Of a DNA stretch of 64,000 nucleotides, positions 1 to 9,782 are shown one piece after another (the stretch's first letter is position 1; each line of letters starts with the position of its first letter). Location: the sequence record PP438435.1; one strand, given 5' to 3'. Made by a program: the position numbers and the translations under genes. The notes under the pieces are model-generated. The model had not been told where the DNA came from and did no database searches. It was given only the letters and a program-made list of their open reading frames with translations.

Positions 1-16
1 CTTTCGCAATGGTCAT
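1..16 (-). CDS. 5' end of a gene running off the window (MTIAK...)
   Basis: ATG at 16-14 preceded by AAGGAAGGA RBS; same orientation as the adjacent operon. Confidence 0.35.
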
Positions 17-31
17 GGTGTCCTTCCTTGA

Positions 32-52
32 TATTGATTTCGCACGTCAATA
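32..52. promoter_or_regulatory. Inverted repeat TATTGA-N9-TCAATA, possible operator
   Basis: AT-rich dyad in a short intergenic gap just upstream of the truncated gene. Confidence 0.25.
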
Positions 53-88
53 GCCACGCTTCGAGCCCGTAATGCCGCTCCTGCGTCC

Positions 89-682
89 TCAAGGCCCGCC
101 GTTCGGCGCGGCGGGCCTTGAGGCTACTCGCTGCTCCAGCCCCCCAGCCGCAATCCGCTGCGCGATCCCCACGCCCCACAATTGGTCTCGCAACGCCTCG
201 ATGATCACTGAAAGCACATCTGAGCTCGCGAGGTCTTTGCCACTTTGGCGGACAATGTCGTCATAGGCGAACCTGCCCACCTTGATGACAACCCCGTCAC
301 TCTCGATGACCGCGGCTGGGCACTCGGCGGCCTCCGCGAAGGTGTCCGAGCTTCGCCATTCGTATCCTCCCTTCACCACGAACAACACATCGAAGGCAAC
401 GCCCTCCCGGGTGGACGAGCCGCGGATCTCGATCCGCTCCACTTTGGGCAGTCGCCTTTCTCGAAGCGATGCTGTCACCGCCATAAAGCTCCCAGCGGCC
501 GCGCGCACCTCCGAGAACCCGTTGTCGCTGATCGCCGAGGCGATCCGTCCCTTCTGCTTCGCGAAGTCAGCAGAACCTGCATCCACGAGAAGATAGCCGG
601 GCACAGGGCCCATGGTGTTGTGTCTCGTAAATCTCCCAAGCACCAGCAGTTGTGCGGGCGCGTCCGAATCTGCAATGGTCAT
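89..682 (-). CDS. Hypothetical protein
   Basis: Start trimmed to MTIADS (AAGGA RBS); a 12-bp GC hairpin (90-120) overlaps the 3' end. Confidence 0.7.
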   Translation of the reverse strand: MTIADSDAPAQLLVLGRFTRHNTMGPVPGYLLVDAGSADFAKQKGRIASAISDNGFSEVRAAAGSFMAVTASLRERRLPKVERIEIRGSSTREGVAFDVLFVVKGGYEWRSSDTFAEAAECPAAVIESDGVVIKVGRFAYDDIVRQSGKDLASSDVLSVIIEALRDQLWGVGIAQRIAAGGLEQRVASRPAAPNGGP

Positions 683-698
683 GGCGGTTTCCTTTGGT

Positions 699-1334
699 CT
701 ACGGGCTAGCCACCCAGCTGGGTCGAAACAGGGTGGACGCATTTTCTGTGTGACGCGATTCATCAAGCAATTCACGGACGCGATCCAGCTCGGACGCCGA
801 GTGCGGCGTGCCGCCGGCGTTGATCGCCAGGTAGTACCCCAGCAGGTCCTCCCGCCAGGCGAACGTGTGGACCTGGATCTTGATCATCCATGTGTTCACA
901 CGCCGCAGGTCGTATCGCGTCCCCGCGAACACCTCCGGCGGCTGTCCGAAGAGCTGCAGCTCGCCGGCAAGTGCGCGCTCGATCGCCGTCAGGCGCTGCA
1001 GACCGTCGACGAGCTCGATGCGCCGCGGGAGATCTCCGCCCGGCTCGTCCACTTCCCAGTGGGGGATGTTGATCTGGAGCCGCTGCAGATCTCGTGTGAC
1101 CGTGCCGCGGAGCATGCCCTCGACAAAGGCGACCTGCTGCCCTTCTGTCCACACGCGACCGCGCTGGTAGTCCGGCTCTCGCACGAAGCCGCCCCAGTCG
1201 TTCCCGAACTTCTCGATCCAGCCGCCGAGATGCTTGAGGTCGATGTCGAAGGACGCCTTCGACTGCGGAAGCGGCCGCACGATGGCTTCTGCGCGCGCTG
1301 CGCGCTCAGCGAAAGTGTTCGTGGCATCGGGCAT
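699..1334 (-). CDS. Stand-alone DUF262 (ParB/GmrS-like) domain protein
   Basis: PDYQRGRVW and LVDGLQRLTAI motifs; GGGAGG RBS before MPDAT. Confidence 0.8.
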   Translation of the reverse strand: MPDATNTFAERAARAEAIVRPLPQSKASFDIDLKHLGGWIEKFGNDWGGFVREPDYQRGRVWTEGQQVAFVEGMLRGTVTRDLQRLQINIPHWEVDEPGGDLPRRIELVDGLQRLTAIERALAGELQLFGQPPEVFAGTRYDLRRVNTWMIKIQVHTFAWREDLLGYYLAINAGGTPHSASELDRVRELLDESRHTENASTLFRPSWVASP

Positions 1335-1336
1335 CG

Positions 1337-1762
1337 TCAACCTCCCATCGCGGCGCCGGCAGCGCGCGCCACCGGCGCGCAATCCGTGCTCCGGACGATT
1401 CGATGCGCCTGCTCAGGGGCGATGTCGATCATTGCCTGCAGGGCCTCCGCGGTTCGCAGATGGGGCGCCAGGGCCTGGCTGATCGCCACGACCACCTCAT
1501 CCTGCCCGGCGTCATAGAGCGGCAGGAGCGCTCGCCAGAACAGCCCCTCCGACTGGACGGCAAAGGGCACGTGCACGAACGCACCCGGCCAGCTGTCAAC
1601 CGCTCGCTGGCACAGCGCGGCGTCGCGCAGGCTCACGGGCACGTACAGCAATCCACCGCCGTCGACGCCGACAGCGTCCCAACAGCGGGCGTACGTGCGG
1701 TCGGGCTCACGCAGTCCTTGCAAAGCTGCGGCGCCAAACGCTGGCGCGCGGTCGCTGTTCAC
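1337..1762 (-). CDS. Hypothetical protein, possible DUF4116-like helical repeat
   Basis: Coupled ORF; ALCQRAVDSWPGAFVHVP resembles DUF4116 repeats. Confidence 0.55.
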   Translation of the reverse strand: MNSDRAPAFGAAALQGLREPDRTYARCWDAVGVDGGGLLYVPVSLRDAALCQRAVDSWPGAFVHVPFAVQSEGLFWRALLPLYDAGQDEVVVAISQALAPHLRTAEALQAMIDIAPEQAHRIVRSTDCAPVARAAGAAMGG

Positions 1763-2424
1763 GGCCCGCCCATGCCCGGAAGCGGCTTCGCGGGCTCATT
1801 CGCATAGGTGGGCATGTCCGGGAGCACTGGCCCTTCTGCATCGAAGCGCACACTGCGCAGCCCGAACGAGAGCGCTTTGCGAAGCACCGCCTGGGCGCCC
1901 TCCGACAGGCCGCCCAACAGCGCGTCGTGATCGGCATCTTCGTGGAAAAGCGCGTCGCTGAGCTCGACGAGCGCGCCGTGCTCGCAGGTCGCACTTACGA
2001 TCAACTCCTTGCAGGGGCTGGAGCCGCGCACGAACTCCCCCAGCTCGCGACGCGTGATGTGCGCCGTCGACGCGAGCACATAGCCCTGCACGACGAACCC
2101 ATCGCGGCACGCGATCTCGGCGCCGCGAAGCCCATCGAACGTCGCCGGCGTTGGATTCATCTCGAAGCCTTCGGAAATTGAACGGCTCGGCCAGCCATCG
2201 TCATCGAGCTCATCCACTGTAACGACCCGCTCGCTGGACTCGTCAGCGCCATCCCACTCAGGCTCAAAGACGTAACCACCGGCACCCACTGCCCGGTCCG
2301 CGAACACCTGCTCCGCGAACTCCCGCAGCTCGGCTTCCGACTCACCCACCCCGTCCGGGATCTCGACTTTGCAGTACGCCGGGACGTTGATGGCCAATCG
2401 CATCACGCGTGTGTTGTCGCTCAT
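1759..2424 (-). CDS. Hypothetical protein with C-terminal DUF5983-like domain
   Basis: STAHIT ... VLRKALSFGLRSVRFDAEGP pattern; AAGGAG RBS. Confidence 0.6.
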   Translation of the reverse strand: MSDNTRVMRLAINVPAYCKVEIPDGVGESEAELREFAEQVFADRAVGAGGYVFEPEWDGADESSERVVTVDELDDDGWPSRSISEGFEMNPTPATFDGLRGAEIACRDGFVVQGYVLASTAHITRRELGEFVRGSSPCKELIVSATCEHGALVELSDALFHEDADHDALLGGLSEGAQAVLRKALSFGLRSVRFDAEGPVLPDMPTYANEPAKPLPGMGGP

Positions 2425-2466
2425 CTCGCACTCCTTTGCGCCAGTCGCATGGTTCTATTCTCGATC

Positions 2467-3045
2467 TCAAGGCCCCGTCATTGCGGAGGCGCGCTGCAGG
2501 AGACCGGCCGCGCTTTCCACAGCTGCCACCAGGCGCTCGAGCTCAATCAGTTGCTCGATCTGCTCGATCGCTTGAGGTAGTTCAATTCCGCTCGACTCGA
2601 GCCACGCATCCGCCTCGTCCCCAACCAGCACGCCGTCACCGCCGGGAGGCCGCACGAGCACATCCTCGAGACCGTCATCCGCGCGCCAAGCGACAGCGTT
2701 CACGGTCGCATCGGCGATGGGGGCCGCTAGAACGATGCTGTCGCGCTTGACGGTGCAGACCGTGGGCGATTCCGGCTCCGCGCGCCTGAGGCGCGCCACT
2801 GTCGCGCCCTCGACCTCATCGGGAGTGAGCCAGACCACAATGCCGGGGCACGCTATTTCAAGACTCCGAACATGCTCAGGCATGGACGCGAGATGCCGCC
2901 TGGCGGCATCCAGCTGCGCCCACCCTTCGGGATCGAGATGCAGCGCAACGATGATGGGGTCATCTTCGGAAAGCGGGCGATCGTTCGTCGCTGCGCGGAG
3001 GATGCACAGCACGTGCACCCCGTCATCTTCGCCGCCGGCGCTCAT
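2467..3045 (-). CDS. Hypothetical protein
   Basis: ATGA-coupled ORF with protein-like composition. Confidence 0.65.
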   Translation of the reverse strand: MSAGGEDDGVHVLCILRAATNDRPLSEDDPIIVALHLDPEGWAQLDAARRHLASMPEHVRSLEIACPGIVVWLTPDEVEGATVARLRRAEPESPTVCTVKRDSIVLAAPIADATVNAVAWRADDGLEDVLVRPPGGDGVLVGDEADAWLESSGIELPQAIEQIEQLIELERLVAAVESAAGLLQRASAMTGP

Positions 3046-4043
3046 ACTGCAGGCCCGCGATCGCGCGTGGAGCCCGGACCACGGGGTATGTGCGCCTCGA
3101 TCCAGTCCTCCAGCTCGCCGCGGTTGGCGATCTCGATGCGGAAGGGGCCGCTCCGCTTGGCCTGCTCTGCCATGGCCTCAGCGTCCAGTGACAGCAGCTC
3201 GTCGGCCTCGTAGGAATCGTCCTCCGGTAGCTCTAACTGGCCGGAATGCCAGAGGGCGGCGGCCGTTTCGGTACTTTCCGCCGTCAGAGCGAACACTTCG
3301 GCCAGTGTCGCGTCGATGCCCATGGCCTCGTCGCGCAAGGCGACGAGGCCATCATTTGAGGACTCGCGCTCCGGGATGTACTGGAGCTCAACCATCGGTG
3401 CGTCCGCGAAGATCTCCGCCAGCGGGCCCAGATCCAGCGCCTCCGCGGCGTTGATCGCAACGCCGGAAGCAGCGACCAGCGCCCCAACGCGCTCTGCCAA
3501 CACCGTGCTGGCGTCCTGCTCATCGGCGCTTGCAGCCTCCCTCAGCGTGGCCCACGCGGTCGGGCCAAAGAGCACGCCCCCAAGACTGATGCCCTCTCGG
3601 AGCGTCTCTTCCAGAGTTTCGAGCGACGCCCAGGTCACAGGGCGCTCGGTCGAGTCGCGTCCTGTCGATGCCGTCACGCTGGTGACGCGCTCCCTCATGG
3701 GCGCGATCGATGCAGAAGGGTGCTGCGTCGTCGTCTGGACAAACACGCAGTCGCGGCGCGCGACTTCCGGCGCATCCAGCGTGCCGCCATAGCCTCCGGG
3801 GCCGATGCGCACCCAGCTCGCCGACGCGCCTTCCAGCGTGAAGCTCACCTCGTCGAGGGTGACGCCCTCGATCCACCCGAAGCGGGCCTTGACGGCCTCG
3901 ATACGTCGCGCGACTCCGGCATCGATCGCGACCAGGACAAGATCTGCGCCCGGCGCATGCGAGTTATCGCAGTGGACCTGCAGCGCAAGCACTGCAGGTG
4001 CTTGCCTGCCCTCGGCCACGCATTTCAGTGAAGGGTGCTGCAT
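3042..4043 (-). CDS. Hypothetical acidic protein
   Basis: Long ORF, GGAGG RBS. Confidence 0.7.
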   Translation of the reverse strand: MQHPSLKCVAEGRQAPAVLALQVHCDNSHAPGADLVLVAIDAGVARRIEAVKARFGWIEGVTLDEVSFTLEGASASWVRIGPGGYGGTLDAPEVARRDCVFVQTTTQHPSASIAPMRERVTSVTASTGRDSTERPVTWASLETLEETLREGISLGGVLFGPTAWATLREAASADEQDASTVLAERVGALVAASGVAINAAEALDLGPLAEIFADAPMVELQYIPERESSNDGLVALRDEAMGIDATLAEVFALTAESTETAAALWHSGQLELPEDDSYEADELLSLDAEAMAEQAKRSGPFRIEIANRGELEDWIEAHIPRGPGSTRDRGPAV

Positions 4044-4082
4044 GGATTCGACCTCCGTGTCGAAAGGATGTTGCGTGGCGTG

Positions 4083-4340
4083 CTACATCGAGGGGTGTGG
4101 CGGCGAAGCTGCCACTGAATCAACCGGCGGGACGTCCTGACACGGTGTGCGCGCTTGCATGTGCCGAGCGATCCACATGAGCTGCTCCGGACTAAACCAA
4201 GCATCTAGCCGCACATGGGAGTCGCCTGGCAGCCAATACACGTAATTGCTTGGGTCATAGAGAGACCCATCCTCACCGATCGTCAGGCGCGCGAAGCCCT
4301 GAGGGCCGGGGCCTGCTTCCTTCTCATCGTTCGTGCTCAT
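4083..4340 (-). CDS. Hypothetical protein
   Basis: AGGAG RBS before MSTND; ends HPSM. Confidence 0.6.
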   Translation of the reverse strand: MSTNDEKEAGPGPQGFARLTIGEDGSLYDPSNYVYWLPGDSHVRLDAWFSPEQLMWIARHMQARTPCQDVPPVDSVAASPPHPSM

Positions 4341-4382
4341 ACCTGCACTCACTCCTAGCCTCATTGTGTGGCACGTCAGGCG

Positions 4383-5132
4383 CTACATGGATGGACTTGG
4401 GGCGACGTCACGCTGATTCGGGGCCTCGTCCTCTCCGTAGGCCCATGGGTCGCGGACGAACCCTTTCTGAGTTCGCGCAGCGCTTGCAGCGATCGCTGCA
4501 TCCATGCCCACGGCATCGGCGTGGTTGACCGCATGCCCATCGATCCGCAGCTCCCCGGCGCCCGTCACCTCGACAGTCACAGGCTCGTCCGTGTGGCGAC
4601 CGTCTGCCGACGGCCTCACCACGCCGGCGAGCGCCCCATCCGCAGTTGCGTGCAGGCCCTTCAGCATTCGTCCGCCCGCACGCTCCAGCGCGCCGTACAG
4701 CGCTTCCACGGCGGCGCGGCGACCCGTCTGAAAGTCCTCGGCTACGGCAGCCACCAACGTCTCGGCAGCGAAGTGATTCACGAAGAGCCAGTTGCTCTCC
4801 GGGCCCGGCCCGATCGCCAGCGGCACTGTGCCCTGACGCGTTTCGACCCGTCCGAGATCCGCGGCGAACCCGACACCAAAGGTCGGCGCTGGATCCGGGT
4901 AAGTGCGCGGTAGCACGAGAGCAAGGCTGAACTCGCCCGTGCTCTGGTAGCTGCAGACCGGCAGGTCGCGGCCATGCAGGGCAGCCAACGCCACCAGCCC
5001 ATCGCTCAGCGCCGACTCGCGCCGCTGCGCCGAATCCCAGCCCCCCTTGCCGCGCTCTGCCTGAAGGCGCTCGTAGGCGTTGAGCAAAGCTGCGCGCGCC
5101 TCAGCCACGAACGGAAGCTGCTTTTGGTTCAC
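4383..5132 (-). CDS. Hypothetical protein
   Basis: AGGAG RBS, GTG start; ends SPSM. Confidence 0.7.
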   Translation of the reverse strand: MNQKQLPFVAEARAALLNAYERLQAERGKGGWDSAQRRESALSDGLVALAALHGRDLPVCSYQSTGEFSLALVLPRTYPDPAPTFGVGFAADLGRVETRQGTVPLAIGPGPESNWLFVNHFAAETLVAAVAEDFQTGRRAAVEALYGALERAGGRMLKGLHATADGALAGVVRPSADGRHTDEPVTVEVTGAGELRIDGHAVNHADAVGMDAAIAASAARTQKGFVRDPWAYGEDEAPNQRDVAPSPSM

Positions 5133-6156
5133 GGTGTTCTCCTGAATGGGTTGCTGTCGTGTGCGTTGCGGGTGCCGAAGTATCGTTGTTTGCGCGCGCG
5201 GCGGCGTCTACTGCCTCGCGGAGCACGTCGCCATGACACGCCTCCGGCGCGCACCAGCAGACCAGCGCTTTGCCGACGAGATCGCGCTGCGCCTGCGCGA
5301 TCAGCGCTGGGCGATCTGCCAGCCACTCGCGGTACTTCGAGATCACAGCGGCTCGATCACCGTCCCGGCCGATTGCGAAGGGATTGCCGTAGGGCGATGG
5401 CCGTCCGATGTACACCGCCCCATCGGGAAGGCCATGGGTCTTCTTGTTCAAGACGGCGCCGATGGCGTGCGGATTGGCGGCCGCCGTGGCGACCGCCAGC
5501 TTGCCCTCAGCCCTCGCGATGCGCCGCTCGATGTCGGTCGCTCCGGCGCGTAGCGCGTCCTCGGATCGGTCGCCCCCTGCCGCGGAGACACGCTGGCGCA
5601 CCTCCGCGTCAATCCATCGCTCCAGGAGACATCGCAGACGCTCGGGCGTCAGGCCCTGCGGGCACTTCACCATGATCTCTGGGTGGTCTGGCAAGCGTGC
5701 CCAGCCATCTTCGCTCACGACGCGAGGCATCGCCGGCCGCGGCAGCGCCGCCACCTCAGCCTTGGCCTGATCCAGCGCCTCGATCCCAAGCCTCAGCGAG
5801 GCTCGCATCAGGTGCAGCTTCGCGAGCGTCTGCGCGGCCGCCAGCGCCCCACGTACCGGACTGCCCTGCTCTGCCAAGAGCCCCGTGTCGCGCAGCGCGC
5901 TCTCAAGGCTCAGGACGCGCTCGTGACCGAGCGGGCAGCGCACCACGAATTGGTGAACGATGTCGCGCCCGGTGCTCTCGGACGGCACCGCGCGCTCCCA
6001 GTCGGACACGCGGCGAACAACGTCCTCGCCACGCGCATCGACGACTTCGATAGCCTTCCAGGCCCAAGTGTAGGCGACGATCTGCGCGCCTGTCGGCCCC
6101 GTGATGACAGGCGCGAAGTCGATCGTGTTGCGCGCTCGGCTACGTGAGGCGTTCAT
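5101..6156 (-). CDS. Protein with C-terminal DUF4326 domain
   Basis: VYIGRPSPYGNPF ... LVGKALVCWCAPEACHGDVL signature. Confidence 0.8.
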   Translation of the reverse strand: MNASRSRARNTIDFAPVITGPTGAQIVAYTWAWKAIEVVDARGEDVVRRVSDWERAVPSESTGRDIVHQFVVRCPLGHERVLSLESALRDTGLLAEQGSPVRGALAAAQTLAKLHLMRASLRLGIEALDQAKAEVAALPRPAMPRVVSEDGWARLPDHPEIMVKCPQGLTPERLRCLLERWIDAEVRQRVSAAGGDRSEDALRAGATDIERRIARAEGKLAVATAAANPHAIGAVLNKKTHGLPDGAVYIGRPSPYGNPFAIGRDGDRAAVISKYREWLADRPALIAQAQRDLVGKALVCWCAPEACHGDVLREAVDAAARANNDTSAPATHTTATHSGEHREPKAASVRG

Positions 6157-6161
6157 AGCGC

Positions 6162-6833
6162 TCAGACCATCGCCGGCGGACGCGGCGCCCGCAGAGGAGG
6201 GGCCACAGCGACCTCGGAGCCCTCAGGCTGCCACACAAGCCGCGTGTCGTCTCCGGACCAGATCTTGCCGTTGAACTTGACGAAACCGATCAGCCGCCGC
6301 TTCGGCTCGTTGTGCTTCCAGACCTCGCCGCCGGCGAAGTCACCGGGCGCGAGCCCGTTACGCTCGATGTAGTCGCGGACCAGGCGGGACGCAACCTCCA
6401 GGTGATGCGCGCCTTCCCACTTCAAGCGGCCGCCCTCCAGGCAATCGCGCCGCGTGTGCGCCAGCGCTACGCGGTACGGCATGAGAGCGTTTCGACGGTC
6501 CAACGCCTGGCGCAAAGCCTCCTGGACCACCTCGAAGGTAACGCAGAGCTGCGCGCAGTTGAGGAAGGGCACGCCATTGATGGCGACGACGCCACCGGTG
6601 CTGGCACCGATCGAGACGCTGTCACCGGTATAGGGCAACGGCACGTTGCACCTGCGCCACTCTTGCGCAACCGACTGCTGCCACGGCGTGCGCTTCAGTC
6701 CTGCATCGGCGAGCACGGCATCCGCGAGCATCTCGGCTTCATCGCGTGTCCTTGCTGCCGCGCCGAAGAGCACGAAGCCGGGAGCGCCCCAGCGATTGAC
6801 ATCGAAACGTGGATCTTCGAGCACCCCTTCCAT
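6162..6833 (-). CDS. Hypothetical protein
   Basis: Start trimmed to MEGVLE (GGAAGGGAG RBS); C-terminal ASRLVRDYIERNGL...VKFNGKIW module of a kind seen in mobile-element proteins. Confidence 0.65.
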   Translation of the reverse strand: MEGVLEDPRFDVNRWGAPGFVLFGAAARTRDEAEMLADAVLADAGLKRTPWQQSVAQEWRRCNVPLPYTGDSVSIGASTGGVVAINGVPFLNCAQLCVTFEVVQEALRQALDRRNALMPYRVALAHTRRDCLEGGRLKWEGAHHLEVASRLVRDYIERNGLAPGDFAGGEVWKHNEPKRRLIGFVKFNGKIWSGDDTRLVWQPEGSEVAVAPPLRAPRPPAMV

Positions 6834-6865
6834 GGTCGGTATCTCCCTTCCTGCGCTACGCGCAG

Positions 6866-8131
6866 CTACATGCTTGGCGATTGCAACGCGACGACGTCTC
6901 CCGCGCCGCACCCGTATGCGGCCCAGCAGGCTTCCTTGGCGGCGGGATGCAGCGGCTTTCCGTTCTCGAACAGCGCATCTGCCAACGCATCTGCGCTGAG
7001 CCCAGACTTCAGCACCTGCTCCGTCGACAGCTGCGCGCCCAGACGCAGGAGCGGCCCCAAGATCCCTGGCTTCGCTGCCAGTGCGTTGTCGACTTCGCCC
7101 AGGTCTACACCGGCGGCGAGTCCCTGCTCGATCGCCGCCCGCAGCCCATCCGGCGAGACCTTTGCGGCGACGCGGCTCAGGAGTTCGATCGCCTCGCTCT
7201 CTGCCAGCGTTCGCCAGAGCAGCGGCGCGGCATTTGCGTCGGAGAACATCGACCGGCAATTCAGGCAGATGTTGGTCAACAGCGCCTCGCGCTCCTCTGG
7301 AGATAATTGCCTCACAGCCATTGCTCCTTGGATCGCACTCGCCGCCAACGCGGCCACGGGCTGCACAGGTGCGCTAGTCCGATTGCTGACAGGATGCCGT
7401 CCGTCGAAAAGCTCCGGCGCCAGATAGAACACGCGCTCAAGCAATGCCTGCGACTCGTCATCCAGTCGCACCACGCCTCGGATGGCACTCAGCACGCCGA
7501 AATACTCGCCCAGCATCTCCGGGTCGAGCTGTTCCTTACCCGTGCCAGCGCATTCGCCTACGCACACGAACTCATGAATGCGTTCGACGGCTGCGGTAAG
7601 CGCCTCCAGATCCACCGTGTTCAACTGGTCCGCAGATGTCAGCCACGTCTCCAGCCAAATCGGGTCTGTGCGCGCCAAGGCCCACGCGACATCCGCGTCC
7701 AAGGCGCCGTTCGCGATCGCGGCGCGGGCTACAGGCGACGCAAGCTCCGAGTTGAAGCACCCCGACTCCTGAACCGCCGTGTACACCAGCTCCGGCGTCC
7801 AGAGGTGATGCGGCACCTTCAGGAGCTCATCGGGCGCGTCACGAAGTCGCGCGACAGTCGCCTGCCAGCGGGGATCTGCGTGATAGCCCGTCGATGGCCG
7901 CAGCGCCGCCGCTGAGATGACGCCCCCCTCACCGCCATACGTAATTCTGTACCGGTCGTTCTTTACATGACCTACGATCTCGCCGATCGTCGGCGACTCA
8001 TGGGGCCCGAGCAGAACGCTCTCGCCAGGGGCATAGACAGCAACAAGAGCATTCCCATGCGCCTGGGCCTTGACCCAGCCACGCTCGCAGCTGTAGGCCT
8101 GGCCGAATCTGTGAGCACGCATCATCCTCAT
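6866..8131 (-). CDS. Hypothetical helical protein
   Basis: 421 aa ORF, ATGA coupling; ends SPSM. Confidence 0.7.
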   Translation of the reverse strand: MRMMRAHRFGQAYSCERGWVKAQAHGNALVAVYAPGESVLLGPHESPTIGEIVGHVKNDRYRITYGGEGGVISAAALRPSTGYHADPRWQATVARLRDAPDELLKVPHHLWTPELVYTAVQESGCFNSELASPVARAAIANGALDADVAWALARTDPIWLETWLTSADQLNTVDLEALTAAVERIHEFVCVGECAGTGKEQLDPEMLGEYFGVLSAIRGVVRLDDESQALLERVFYLAPELFDGRHPVSNRTSAPVQPVAALAASAIQGAMAVRQLSPEEREALLTNICLNCRSMFSDANAAPLLWRTLAESEAIELLSRVAAKVSPDGLRAAIEQGLAAGVDLGEVDNALAAKPGILGPLLRLGAQLSTEQVLKSGLSADALADALFENGKPLHPAAKEACWAAYGCGAGDVVALQSPSM

Positions 8132-8418
8132 GGCGCCACCTCGGAGGACTCGGCGGCAGACACCCGGGAGGCTTGCGTCCAGGCGTTGTCCGCCTGCGAC
8201 GGAAGCGAATCGTTCGCCAGCACGCGCACCTGAATGTCATTGCCTACCACGACCAACTCAGGCCTTCCGCCGCAGAAGTCGGCGACCACCTGCGCCACCG
8301 CAAGCACGAAATCATCGTGCGATGGCATGTCCTCTCCCAGCGATTCCGGACTCTCCACGAGATCCTTGACCAGCTGGCCGAGTTGGGTTCTGTTCAGTTG
8401 AGCGATTCCGTTCGCCAT
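8128..8418 (-). CDS. Hypothetical protein
   Basis: AAGGAG RBS before MANGI. Confidence 0.6.
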   Translation of the reverse strand: MANGIAQLNRTQLGQLVKDLVESPESLGEDMPSHDDFVLAVAQVVADFCGGRPELVVVGNDIQVRVLANDSLPSQADNAWTQASRVSAAESSEVAP

Positions 8419-8434
8419 AGTGTTCTCCTTGGGT

Positions 8435-9313
8435 TCAAAGTGCCGGCGCAGACGCCGGTGCCGTCTCGCCGGTAAGGACCGCGCGCAGCAACGGCGGGAG
8501 ACGTTCGATCTGTGCCCACCGGGCAGAGGAGACGCTGGCGCCGAACTCGACGCGCACGTCCGGGTGCTCGAGCTCCAGCGCACGCTCGCGCACAGCGTCG
8601 GGCAAGTGTTCGATGCCCATCCAAAGCAACTGCGTCGGGCAATACTCCGCCGCTTCCGCCAGGTACGTCGCAGGGAGACGCGGGATGATCGACGGCTGCA
8701 GGGCCACGCGGTAGCGACTAGACGGGCCGCCAAAGCGACTCCCTTGCCGACTCTCCCCATTCAGGAAGGCGATGAGAACCTGGTCCGTCACCACGTGGGG
8801 CGCTCGCGCGAAGACCGCCTCCAAGGTCTGAGGCGGCACACCAGGCATGTTCCATGCCCGCCTCGCCAAGTCATCGACAGCCGCACCACCGAGCGCACAA
8901 CAGCACGCATCCGACAGCAAAGCATCACCTGGCCTGCGACCCGCCACCCATGCAAGAGTCTCGCGTGACAGCTGGGCAGAGAGCTGGATACCCAAGGCCG
9001 GGTGCGCTGCCGCGATCTTCTCGGCCTGTGGCCGTGTCACGCGCCCCGCTGCGTATCGCACCACCGCCTCGGGAGCAATGTCGACGAGCTCATCGAACAC
9101 GCTCGGCGAGATCGAGCCCGCCGCCTTATTGAGCGCGTGCGCCGGCGCACGCAGAGCGCACCAGTCGAGACGGGCCTGCGACAGTCGGCAGGCAGCGAAG
9201 TCGAGCGCATTCTCAGGGTCGAGACGCGCGCACGCATCGACGGCCGCGTCGTCTTTCAGGGACGCCCAGAACACCGGGTCGCGGGCATTCTCAGCCTCAT
9301 AGTAGCGACTCAT
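8435..9313 (-). CDS. Tandem ~23-aa helical repeat protein
   Basis: Repeats such as ACARLDPENALDFAACRL / WCALRAPAHALNKAAGSI / LVDIAPEAVVRYAAGRV; ATGA coupling. Confidence 0.65.
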   Translation of the reverse strand: MSRYYEAENARDPVFWASLKDDAAVDACARLDPENALDFAACRLSQARLDWCALRAPAHALNKAAGSISPSVFDELVDIAPEAVVRYAAGRVTRPQAEKIAAAHPALGIQLSAQLSRETLAWVAGRRPGDALLSDACCCALGGAAVDDLARRAWNMPGVPPQTLEAVFARAPHVVTDQVLIAFLNGESRQGSRFGGPSSRYRVALQPSIIPRLPATYLAEAAEYCPTQLLWMGIEHLPDAVRERALELEHPDVRVEFGASVSSARWAQIERLPPLLRAVLTGETAPASAPAL

Positions 9314-9714
9314 GGCGTCAGCGCCTGTGATCGGTTCGCGCTCAGCGCCGGGAAGGGCGAGGTGAGGCTGTAGCCCGTACGGCGCTCGACGCACTCGACG
9401 AGCATGTCGCTGTAGATGTCATCCACGCTGTCGACGAGACGCAGACCGGCCTCAGGCCCCTCGAATACGTCCACATCGTAGGTGTCCGAGGGCGCGAGCA
9501 GGACGCGGAAGGCGGTGACGCGGCCTCCGCACTCTGTCATGTCGATACCGCTCACGAGCAGACCGGCGCCGCGCTCAGGATCATGTTGCACGCAGAAGCG
9601 CGTGGCCGGACCCAGCATCAAGCGGAGGCAGCGCTCACCCCCAAGCTGCTCCAGGATCGTGCTCGCGACCCGGTGTGCCCACGGGGGCGAGAGGGACGGC
9701 TGCGATGATGACAT
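9310..9714 (-). CDS. Conserved phage/plasmid hypothetical protein
   Basis: TILEQLGG ... LAPSDTYDV ... IYSDML ... TGY pattern. Confidence 0.7.
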   Translation of the reverse strand: MSSSQPSLSPPWAHRVASTILEQLGGERCLRLMLGPATRFCVQHDPERGAGLLVSGIDMTECGGRVTAFRVLLAPSDTYDVDVFEGPEAGLRLVDSVDDIYSDMLVECVERRTGYSLTSPFPALSANRSQALTP

Positions 9715-9782
9715 CGCTCAACTCCACTGCGGCCATTGTTTGCGCAGTGTGCACGCATTGCGCTAACCGATCAACGCCCGAT

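Noticed and set aside
2467-4043. Possible paralogy between the N-termini of the two adjacent hypothetical proteins
   Set aside because: Only a vague hydrophobic pattern match; not supportable without a profile alignment
4898-4908. Second TAAGTGCGC nic-like sequence
   Set aside because: Lies inside a coding region (RTYP) far from the relaxase; likely chance
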